From positions 46,686,001-46,750,000 of the forward strand of contig NC_083288.1 of NCBI RefSeq assembly GCF_963506605.1: a stretch of DNA of 64,000 nucleotides. The letters are read 5' to 3'. This document shows positions 1 through 10,900 of this stretch, one piece after another (position 1 is the stretch's first letter; every line of letters begins with the position of its first letter). Source of the stretch: Zootoca vivipara. Its lineage: Eukaryota. Position numbers and translations under genes: made by a program. The notes under the pieces were generated by a model. That model did not search any database and was not told where the DNA came from. It worked only from the letters and a program-made list of their open reading frames with translations.

Positions 1-675
1 TGAAAGTTGCAATGTTATACAGACTTACATGAAAGTCCCATTGAATTCAGATAGCTTTTTTTTCTCAGTATACATCTGCGGTTGGGGCAGGCAGGTTGGG
101 GCACATTAGAACCACAGGTTTGAGGTGTGTAGGCTGTTGTAGCTAAGGACAGTCAATGATCTTGCAGAAAGGGGACTGAGTTGGCCCTGATTTACCTTCA
201 CACTGGAAGACACAACTGATGGCAAAATTAGTCTATTTCTTTAGATTTTCCAGCCCAATTTCAGCCTCTCTTTCTGAGCTAATGCCCCATTCTGACAATC
301 TCAGGTTTCCCTGTGCTAACTAACCTGAACTGTCACAATCCCTGTCTGTCTTAACACAATTCAACCAATATCCATATCCCTCCACACAGGATAACTTTCA
401 CCATGATGTAACAATTTACCTAAGAAATCAATTCAAGTCAGCACACACTTGAATATATGGTAGTAAAATATAATACACCTTCAAAAGCCAAGGAAGCTTT
501 GGGGATATTGAAGGATGGTGTATAATTTTATCTTTGAATTTATCTGTAATGTGACCTTATCTATTTGTTTACATTTTCTCCCTTCTCTTCCCCACTCCTG
601 ACAATAAATATACTGCAAAGCAATTGTAAATACACAATTTTCATTCATATAAATCATGACAGTGCCTAGGTTTTA

Positions 676-723
<48 letters not shown>
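676..723. repeat. (GAAA)n microsatellite
   Basis: Read directly. Confidence 0.9.
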
Positions 724-878
724 AGTTTGGTGTTTTTTTTATTCCCGTATTCAGACAAATTATGGCTCCCATTGCAGCTTGAAAATGTCAGTGATAAAGA
801 ATCCCTCTTTAGGATTCCTGTCTGAAAAACATGAGACAAAGGGAAAGGCAATCCAAAGGAGGGATGGAAAAGTCTTAC

Positions 879-1093
879 TATGAAACATCAAACAGGTTCT
901 TTGATGGGTGTTCCTTATACAAAATTTCATAGAAATTGTAAAAGCTCTGAGAAAGAACTCCCCCAACGATGAATTCACCTGGCTGGTACCACTCGTGTGG
1001 AACAGGAAAAGGATTATTCCTGCGGCAGTGGATAGAATTAGAGGTAATAGAAGCAGGAGTTATTAGAAATAGCAACACCAATGGCAGCAACAT
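879..1093 (-). CDS. V2R-A: vomeronasal type-2 receptor, exon 1 only (rest of gene lies left of the window)
   Basis: ATG at 1093; hydrophobic signal peptide MLLPLVLLFLI, then the V2R exon-1 motif [13 protein letters not shown]; phase-2 GT donor at 878-877; same length (215 nt) as, and close paralog of, V2R-B exon 1. Confidence 0.88.
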
Positions 1094-2142
1094 CACGGCA
1101 GCCTAGCTTATGATATACATTTAATGGAAAGGTTGCAATTATATTCCTTGAGAAGTAACAGAAATTATATTGTAATAAATTCAACTCATAGACCCTTCTC
1201 TGTCTCTCACCCCTACACCAGCTTTCTGTAACATATGAGCTTATTTTATAAACGCTTTTTGGCTTGCTTGTTGATTTTTTCCCTTCTTCCCTTCAGGAAG
1301 CCATCTGGGGATTTGTCCTGGTGAAGAAATTGCAGTGATTTGAGTAATTGCAGAATAGGAATATTATTTACTTATTAAGAGTTTAGAGTCTGAGTAGCTT
1401 AAATAATAAAAAAGTGGCAGAAGGGTTTTTCCTTGGTGTGCTAAGAACAACAGGAAACTCTGAGTGAAGACAATGTCATCAGGATATAAAGTAGCAGTTC
1501 TACATTTTGAGATTAAGACCACTTCTCAGCTCCAGTTGTCTTCAAGAAAATGGGACTCAGCTCTTCTCAGTAAGATCAAGCTATAGTTTAAAAATGAATA
1601 GCACAATTCATTTGCAAGAACCAACAGGAGCTATTGCTATTTTGGAGGGTGGGCTTTCATTTTCAGCCTGACTAATGAATTCTGTTCTGGGTAACCTTCC
1701 ATAAACTTTATGCCCTTGGTGAGTGGAACCCAAAATGAAAGAGCAATTTTAACGGGGTTTCATGTCTACTGTCCGACACATTCACATTGCTCTGTTCCCT
1801 ATTCAGAGCATCACGAGACATTGCGTGTAGAGGTCCCCCAAGACACCCCAAATAAATCACACTTCACACAGAAATTTAAGTTTAAGGTTTTTGGCATAAT
1901 TTTGGCCACAACTTTATTTAAATACAAAAATGTGAGTGGTTGCTTAGGCATTGGTTCCGACTATCTGACATCTGCCTGCCTGCGGAAGTCAGGGTGAGGA
2001 AAGCAATTTGGGGAGAGAATGGAGATGGGGGTCAGAAACTCTACTCTCCCCAACTGCTCCCAGGGGCTCTTGCGTGGCCCTAGCCCCTTGTAGGGGGTAC
2101 GGACAAAAGCATGGCGAGCCCCTGGATTCCTTTAACAGAATT

Positions 2143-3327
2143 CAGGGCCGTCTGTAGGCCCAGGTCCGGTGGCGCGGGCGCCAGGGCGCCTGGCCACCAG
2201 GGGTGCCGCTGCGCCCGCCAGATAGCTGGTCGTCAGAGAAGCACTTCAGCTGTGCGCGCACCCTCCTCCAGTCCTACGCAGTGGCAGGAAAGGGCTGGAG
2301 AAGCGCTCCGACGACCAATTGCGGTGCTGAGAGGAGGGGCGCCCACATACCAGAGAGGGGCGGAGCGAGGCTGATCGCTGCACGCCCGGTTCGCTGCCGA
2401 TCACCGCCTCCTGCCTCCGAGCCTCGTCTGCTGCTGCGCCCTTCTGCGCCCGCTCTCCTGCTGCCGCTGCTGCCCCCACTGCCTGAGAGGCTGCTGGGCG
2501 CCAACCGCACCCAGGCAAAGAGCTGCCCGCATGGCTGCGACAACTAGGTGCTGCTGGACCACTTCGGGGTGCTGGTGCAGGCGCTGTTGGTGCTCGGCTG
2601 GAGCGTACCGCTAATTTATTAATGAATGGAGGTTGTGAGGCGCAGCTGGCCAATCACAGAGCCGTGCTAGCCACACACACTGGAACCTGCTCCCTTTCAG
2701 CAGCTCATTAGGCCAGGTGGGGGGGGAGAGTCAGAGGAAGGGCATCCTGCAAAGGCTTCAGCCTCCCCTTTGCTGACTCCTCAGACCCCGAAGGGGCGGC
2801 TCGCAAGAGGCGCCCTGCTCTGCCCACCTCAGCATCAGAGACGGGGTGCGGGAGGTGTCTTGCGCCATCCCGAGCAGGCTTGTTCTGGTGTTCTTAACCA
2901 AAAGCAGAGCAAAAAATAATAATAATAATCCTTCCATTAGCACCTTAGAGACCAACTAAGTTTGTCATAGGTATGAGCTTCCGTGTGCATGCACACTTCT
3001 TCAGATACCCAGAGCAGGTAGAATTGAGGAGGAGTTGCATTTCTGAAATAAGGATTTCGCCCCATCAACACCCTTTCCGGGTTCGCATTTCAGGCAGAAA
3101 GGTAAACCATATTATATATACTGAGGTTGGATAGAACTGGGCATAGGGAAGACTTTAGATAATTATCCACCCCAGTGGAACAACAGCTTGTCAGAAATTT
3201 AACCTGGCAAACTGCTGCAGCATTCACTCTCGCCGCCCTCCAGCCTGCCCACCGTGACGGAAACATGGGGGGGGGCACCGGAGGGATTTTTGCACTACGG
3301 CGCTGGATACCCTTAAAACGGCCCTTG
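2143..3327. mobile_element. Non-autonomous hAT-type element (1185 bp, GC-rich) with an internal Penelope fragment
   Basis: TIR CAGGGCCGTC / AACGGCCCTTG; perfect 8-bp TSD ACAGAATT (2135-2142, 3328-3335); subterminal GGCGCC motifs like those of the 49787 element. Confidence 0.8.
2971..3008 (-). ncRNA. Degenerate hammerhead motif (GAAA core changed to GGAA) in a Penelope fragment (~2930-3008)
   Basis: Same pLTR motif with a core mutation. Confidence 0.5.
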
Positions 3328-3718
3328 ACAGAATTCCCTGTGCAGCAGCAGCATTGTAGGGGCAGGCACAGCCAACCACTTCCCCTACAGCAATCCATTG
3401 GATGGGCCGGCACAGCCAATCCTGGCCCCTCCACCAACCAGCAGCATTGGAGGGACCGGCACAGCCAATCCTGATCCCTCCACTAACCAATTTATTAACC
3501 AATGCCTAACCACAACCTTACAAATTGTGACAATCTGCTACGCAGTAGGCGAAAGCGAAGTAGCACCAGCCAATCAGCCAAATGGGAAAATTCCTACCAG
3601 GCCCTGCCCCAAAAGCAGACAACCCCATGACAGGCATAGCAAGGTGAAGGCAAAGCCTAATTCAAGGGAGGGGGGCGGGTGATCCATTGCCTCAGCGAAA
3701 GAGAAAGCCTGACGCTGA

Positions 3719-4516
3719 ATCATAGAATCATAGAGTTGGAAGAGACCACAAGGGCCATCCAGTCCAACCCCCTGCCGATCAGGAAACACCATCAAAGCAT
3801 TCTTGACATATGCCTGTCAAGCCTCTGCTTAAAGACCTCCAAAGAAGGAGACTCCACCACACTCCTTGGTAGCAAATTCCACTGCCGAACAGCTCTTACT
3901 GTCAGGAAGTTCTTCCTAATGTTTAGGTGGAATCTTCTTTCTTGAAGTTTGAATCCATTGCTTCGTGTCCGCTTCTCTGGAGCAGCAAAAAAACAACCTT
4001 TCTCCCTCCTCTATATGACATCCTTTCATATATTTGAACATGGCTATCATATCACCCCGAACCTTCTCTTCTCCAGGCTAAACATACCCAGCTTCCTAAG
4101 CCTGACCAGAGCAGAATACAGTGGTACTATTACTTCCCTTGATCTAGAATGCTATACTCCTATTGATGTAGCCCAGAATTGCATTGGCTTTTTAGCTGCT
4201 GCATCACACTGCTGACTCATGTCAAGTTTGTGGTCTACCAAGACTCCTAGATCCCTTTTCACATGTACTGCTCTCAAGCCAGGTGTCATCCATCCTGTAT
4301 TTGTGCCTTTCATTTTTTATTTTTTATTTGCCCAAGTGTAGTACTTTACATTTCTCCTTGTTAAAAATTCATCTTGTTTGCTTTGGCCCAGTTGTCTAAT
4401 CTGTTAAGGTCATTTTGAAGTGTGATCCTATCCTCTGGGGTATTAGCCACCCCTCCCAATTTGGTGTCATCTGCAAACTTGCTCAGGATGCCCTCAAGCC
4501 CATCATCCAAGTCATT
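3719..4516 (-). mobile_element. CR1 LINE, 5'-truncated, with internal deletion
   Basis: (ATTCTATG)n 3' tail; RT motif [11 protein letters not shown]; short TSD GCTGA. Confidence 0.92.
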
Positions 4517-4803
4517 GCTGAGAGTACCGAATAAATAGACTCTGGGCTGTCCATCAAACTTGCAACATATAAATCTACCCAACAACCCGGCAACCCCAAA
4601 CACAAGCGTGGCCATCTAAATGATCCCACAGAGGGGTATCCTGCTAGGCCCCAACCACAACACGTGCTCTCCATGAAGGAAAACCCACTTTATCAGAATT
4701 CAAGGTCATATTCTGGGTAAGCAAAAACCCTGAAAATATGAAGCAGAGCATATGAGGCATATCTAGTTGTTGGGGTTATTATTGATAATGATGATGATGA
4801 TGA

Positions 4804-6029
4804 GGTTCCGGTTTCCGCCGGCAGGAATGGCGGACCTGTTTTCCATCCCTCTGACCTTCGTAAGGAATTTGGCGGTTGCTAGGGGAGTAAATGGCAACCC
4901 CCTACCCTCTCCGGGGGTTACGGAGAGGGGCCGCTGGCCCGCGATGCCCCCAGACCCACTCCGACTGTTTATGGAGTGGGGGGAGCTTGGGCTGAAAAGC
5001 ACTTACGAGGGCCAGGACTCCCGGACGCTAATCTGCATGGCGGGGATTTCCATGGTTAAAGAAGATAATTAGGCTTAAATCTATGGACATACTTCAGAAG
5101 GAGGGGAAGAAGCGCTGTTTACTGCTGAGAAATCTATGCTGCTGAGGGAGAGGAGTTAAAGGCTGTATATCATCTGGAAGAAGGATTGATGGGGACGGAG
5201 CGATAAGGGAATGGAGTTTTATTTTTCTTCATATGAGTTACTTCGTACCTTCCCAGACGCAATGTCCTGGCTTGTTTGGAGTGAAAGAGAAGCAAAAGAC
5301 TGTGTGAGTTGAACTTTATAAACTGTTGTTACTGAGCATATTTTTTAAAGATGTGGAGTTGCCGATGAGAAAAGCCCCCCCCCCCTAGTCGGACGGAAGG
5401 AGTCCTGGACGCGTTCGGAGGATTTATGAGCTGTGACGCACTTTGAATTGGAGCAGCGACCTGAAGCTAAGTTCAGCTATAGGGCAAGGAGATCCATCAA
5501 TTTACCAAGAGTTTATGGTTTGATGTTTGGGTCTTCTGCCTGGAAAAGCTGTAAATTTTATAAAGATCGTTAATCTTCATGGCTATGAGAGAAAACGAAA
5601 GTGATTTGAGCTTTTTAAGATGGCGCTGCTTCGACGCAACAGGGAGCTCCAGACTAAGAAGATTTATGGGGAGGCTGGACTGATTAACCCACACAGGAGA
5701 AAGAACATTTGTGAAACCTCGTTTGATATTTATCTCAGCAGCTGGGAAACAATCGGTTGAAAGTGGAAAACATCTATGTGACTGTAAGGGGAAGATCTGG
5801 ATTATTATGAACTTGGAGGACGATTTGAACTTTAGAAAAAAGACGGCAGTGGACGGTTGCGAGGAATCCCCAATTTCTTGAAGCATGGGAACCCAAATAA
5901 AAAATTCTTTAGACGATTTGGCATAACATTCGGTTTGATTGATATATATATGTGTATAATTTGAAATAATGAATGTGATATAATTGGTTTTAATTGGAAA
6001 ATTAATAAAATATATTTTTTTAAAAAAAA
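4804..6029 (+). mobile_element. ~1.2-kb non-coding poly(A) retroposon, copy 1 (probably L1-mobilised, non-autonomous)
   Basis: Starts GGTTCCGGTTTCCGCC; ends with AATAAA plus an A-rich tail; ~20-bp TSD GATAATGATGATGATGATGA (in a microsatellite, so the exact length is uncertain); highly similar to 15626-16874 over its whole length. Confidence 0.85.
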
Positions 6030-7047
6030 GATAATGATGATGATGATGATGATGATACATCATAGATGTCTAACCCGAGAGTGATATTGGATAAGATCAT
6101 TGGGTTCTCATTGCCAAAGCAAGTCTGCGCTGGTAGAATTCAGAGTGATTTCATTGTGTAAATGACAGTGCTAAATTTTGAGGTAAAGGCAACTTCCACT
6201 TCATTTTCCCTTTAAGATATGGCAGTGCTTTTGTAACTCCTCATAACTTTAGGCATTCACAATAAGTTTGTTCTTTTAGATGCCTGTTGAAAACTTGTTC
6301 TTTTTGTGGGACCATCCAAAGAAATGATTTGTTCTGTTCTGTTCTTAAATCTGTGGGGCATATATTGCCCTACATAGTGTAAATATTGAGGATGCCTTTG
6401 ATGTATCAAAGTTTTTGTTCAGCGTTTACAGTACCATCTTAGATTATCCCAGAAAGCGCAACCACATTGAGGAGAGTATATTCTCCTGCTTGATATTAAA
6501 GCATTTAAGGTTCAAGGAAGACACTCAGAAACTTACTTTTAGTTAACATGTTTCTTTACTTAAAGAAATATAATTTAGTATTACAGAACAGAGAAATATA
6601 AGGTAAATCAGTCCCATATAAGAAATACATATTTATAAGTGAATACAAAAGTAAATCATGCTCATTCATTCTACACTTTTCAATGCATTTCCCTACTTTT
6701 TTTCTATCCACAAAACTTCATTTTTATTATTAAGTTTCTTGTCCTAAAGCTGGAGTCAGTAACATTTCCCCACAGTTGGCCAGAGTTATCATTCTCCCAG
6801 CCTTTGATGGACAAAGTTTGATAGGTGGATGGGACCACCAACCTGTCTGTCACTGGGTGAAAGGCAATAAGTCTTTTAAATGGACAGTTTCAAAGAGGCT
6901 TGATCAGTGAGGTGGAAGCAGTTTCTCTAGCAAAAACCAAGCTTCGCTCCCCCACACCCATTGTATTATCATTTTCAATGGAAACTACCTCCCCCTCCTG
7001 AAGCACCATGGGCTCCATCATCATAATCATCGAGAGGGTAGAGCCCC

Positions 7048-7292
7048 AACCAATGAATGCAAGTTATTAGAAAAGAGATTCCAACTAAACATCAGGGTCA
7101 ATTTTATGATTATAAGTGCTCTTCAACAGTGGAATAGACTTCCACAGAAGGTGGTATACTCTCCCTCATTGAAGGTTTTTAAGAATAGGTCGAATAGTCA
7201 CCTGTCCTGGATGCTGTAATTGAGGTTCCTTCATTTAGGGGGTTGGAATAGATGACCCAGAGGGACTCCTCCAACCATACAATGCTATGATT
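7048..7292 (+). mobile_element. Old CR1 3' end
   Basis: Degenerate match to the CR1 ORF2 end and 3' UTR, ending ATGCTATGATT. Confidence 0.75.
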
Positions 7293-7944
7293 TTATAATG
7301 GTGGGCAAATTGCCATAAACAAAGGATACATGAACACATTTTAAAATCAAACATCACAAAAATAATATCAGATAATAGAAAAATATGATGACAAATATAA
7401 AAACATACCAAAAAGCTGCATCGGCGTCCGATAAATACAACAAGGTTTCATGAGCAACAGACAACTTAACAAGGTAACATAGGAGTTTCACATGCTCCTA
7501 GAAAGACCTCTCTCATGTTGTTCCTCAAAGTCCTTCTCCTGCAGAATCATCTTATAACACTTTCAATTTGAGGGGCTGGGAAGGCTGGAAGCATCCCTCC
7601 AGGGGGATCTTCTGGGAAGAGACAATCTGGGAACTCACCTTCAGCTCCTGATTGTTCCTATGAAGTGCCATATGATGTCAGCTGAGAATAAGGTGGGTGT
7701 GGTTTGCCAGGAATGGCACGAGAATTGAAACCTCAGCTGGGCAAAACAGGGCCCACCGGCAAGTTGTTCCTTACTCCTGACCTAAGGTGACAGAGGATTT
7801 TAATCTGTTTTAATTTCAAAACCCTAAATACCCCAAATTGATCCTACAAAAGAGTATCACCTCGGAAAATGTACTTATGGTAACCACTTTTATACAAAAC
7901 TCCCTTATATAAAACAAAGAATAGAATAAAGAAAGAAAATAAAT

Positions 7945-10900
7945 TTACAGCTTTCTCCTTATTAATTGCTCCCTGTTGTTCAGCTCAGGCCTGAGCACAA
8001 TGATGTAGCATTTAGGGGCAAAGATGCAGCCCAGTAACCCAGCACTGGAGGACAAGATGGAGAAGATCTCCACCACCACCATGGATTTCCCATTGGTGCT
8101 CAGGTAGGTTGGGACAAAAGACAACCAAACACTGCAAAACAGCAACATACTGAAGGTTATAAATTTTGCTTCATTAAAACTGTCTGGCAATTTACGAGCT
8201 GCAAATGCCACAGTGAAGCTGGCAATAGCCAGGAGGCCCATGTAGCCCAGGACACAGTAAAACAGGGTCACTGAGCCTTCATTACATTGCACAATGGTTT
8301 CTTCCATTACCGAGTGCATGTCTAGATCAGGGAATGGGGGAGAGGTCATCAACCACACAGTACAAATAATCACTTGAATGACAGAGCAGAAAAGGACAAT
8401 GGAGTTGGTCAGTCTTTTTCCTACCCACTTCCTCATAGTGGACCCAGGCTTGGTGGCCATGAAAGCTGCAACTACAGTGGTGGTTTTGGCCAACACACAA
8501 GAAACAGCCACGGAGAAAATGATGCCAAAAGTGGGTTGTTGAAGAAGGCAGGTCACTTTGCCAGGGTGTCCAATGAATAGAAGAGATGAGAGGAAGCAGA
8601 GTAGGAGGGCAATGAGGAGAGCGTAGGTGAGATCCCTGTTGTTGGCTTTGACAATGGGAGTGTCTTTGTGTTGGATAAATGTTCCTAGCACCAAAATTGT
8701 GATTAGGGAAAAAATAATTGGAACTGCCATTAAGCTGATACCTAAAGGTTCCTCATAAGAAAGAAAGGTTATTAATTTGGGAATGCATCCATTTTTGTTC
8801 TTATTTGCATACTGATCTTCTGGGCATCTGAAGCAGTCAGCCATATCTGAAAAACAGAAGAATGCCAAATTCCATTGACAATTTGTGTGTGACGTTTGCC
8901 CCCCCCCCATATAACAGTTTTTGCTGTTTTTCATGTGAATCTTCTGATTATGTGTGAGCCAATTATTATATAATATCTGAACTACTCTTTGATTTGTCTT
9001 ATTAATTTGACGTAGATTTGTTGAAACATTTTAAATTGCCACTCGATGCACCAGAATCATAGCTGCCAAGTTTTCCCTTTTCTCGCGAGGAAGCCTATTC
9101 AGCATAAGGGAAAATCCCTTAAAAAAAGGGATAACTTGGCAGCTATGTCCAGAATGGCAGAAGGGATGGAATCTTGAATCTTTGGGTCACCAGTTAATTG
9201 GAACAATACAGTATATATATTACTCCCATGCTTAATTTTCTCTGGGTTGAGGGGTTTTCACCTTTCCCTCGGGATGTCAAAACAACCTTTTTTAGTTGAT
9301 CTTAAGCTTTTGTTGAAAAGCTGGGCCAAAAAGCCATTAGGCAGAAACATATCATTATTGCGGACCATATTGGACCTAGCAACAGATAATATCAAGCCAT
9401 GCCCCGAAGTCAGTTGGGGCCCAGAATTGCCCAAACCCCTCCCACAGTTGTGACTGGGAACCTGAATGCTTGTTTTGCCAACACACAAAAGTCTAACATT
9501 ATTCAACTCTGAAGGGTGTTGAGTACATCTGCACAATCAAGTGGAATATCATTTGAACAGCATGTGCTGGCTGGAATCATGACCTTATCTTCACCCTAGT
9601 GCCATGCCATCCCCTCCTTCCTGAAACATAATGAATAAAGTTCACCTACAATGGATGTCTAGTGTGTTTCATTCTTGCCACAGACATGTTTCACAAATCT
9701 GCAACTTCTGTACAATTGTAGTACTTGAAAGGTTCTCTTAAATTATGTGCACAATGAAATCATTTTTTCTGATGACTGGGGCTTCCTTTCAAAACCATGT
9801 GCATGGGATTTTACCAGGCTTAATAGTCTTTGAATGCACACAATGCACAATATAATGTTTAAATTCTTTTCAACAGATACATGCTAACCCTGTACAATGA
9901 AAAAATATGATTTACCATTCTGGTTTGAAATCTCCCCTTCTGGACATGGAGTACAGTCATAGCAGCAAAATTTCTGCCCTTCCTTCCTTTTCTTCCGATT
10001 ACCAGGGCGACAGTAGTCATTGCACACAGATATGGGCATCACCTTTAAACAAACAGGAAATAATTTCAGAAGGGAGAAATATTAGAAGCCACTGAAAGGT
10101 AATCTTTGACTGGAAAGTTCATCGTTTCATCCAACTAGCTATTCGAAAATTTTCAATCAACCTATCCAGGAAAACGGTGATGGTTATTGCCTAATCTGGA
10201 GAATGTAGCGACATAATAAACCCCTAGATTCCAGACCTGATTAAAACCATTGTGCCACTGAATCATGTCCTCAAAAAGGATGAATTCTCTTCCATCTCTT
10301 GCATCAGGATCAATCCATCCAACTTGCACTCGAATGAAGGACCTATTCAGGAACATGACCATATTCATGATGTCAAATCCACCTCCCATTTCTCTTTGAT
10401 CAGTAAAAGTCACTGTTTCTCCAGCTGAGTTGTTAAATGAAATACTATGGAGATAAGAGTGGAGCTAAGAGAGGGAAAGAGAGGTGAGGGAGAGAGAGAG
10501 ATATAGTGAAAATAACAAATGCCATGATTTACAGAAACCTTTCTTCATGAGCAGGGCCAGCCCACCCAGGAGATAAAGTAAGGCAACCTCCTTTGGTGAC
10601 AAGATCCATAGGGGCAGCCATAGGGGCCAACTCATTTTCAAAACATTACCTGCCAAGGCTGTAGATCTTGAAGTAATCTTTTACTTCTCCCCATTGCTGT
10701 TCGCTTGTATTTAAGTGAGTAAATGTGATGCAGGGCATGGGCCGCAGTGTAGACACCATTGTAGATACTGTAGCTGTGACCAGTCATGCCCATTTCAAAT
10801 AGAGACCCTGGAAGACTCTGCAACCTTTCCTCTCCAGTACACATTCCATTGACCTCCATTGGTGCATTGAAATTGGGAAGAATACAGTCAAATGCTTGCT

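Larger units (their letters stand above)
1800..4690 (-). mobile_element. Terminal-repeat-like relic (DIRS/Ngaro-like or ERV LTR-like) hosting a hAT MITE and a CR1
   Basis: Minus-strand AATAAAGTTGTGGCC at ~1903-1917; CCAAT-containing ~40-bp triplicated units at 3345-3490; sequence resumes across both nested insertions via their TSDs. Boundaries approximate and class uncertain. Confidence 0.4.

Noticed and set aside
2111-2955. Cluster of overlapping GC-rich ORFs on both strands (also 49839-50302)
   Set aside because: They lie inside TIR/TSD-bounded non-autonomous hAT elements; low-complexity Ala/Pro/Arg/Gly peptides are expected from stop-poor GC-rich DNA.
3345-3490. Three spaced ~40-bp repeats, superficially CRISPR-like
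   Set aside because: Degenerate tandem units without unique spacers, in a vertebrate locus with no cas genes.
4767-5072. Shared peptide MADLFSIPLTFVRNLAVARG... in both 1.2-kb retroposon copies as a possible gene
   Set aside because: Frameshifted between copies with different C-termini; the similarity is explained by recent common origin.
8374-8580. Antisense ORFs repeated opposite V2R exons (e.g. 27794-28000, 9907-10095, 28609-28899)
   Set aside because: Shadows of paralogous coding exons; starts and stops are not conserved.
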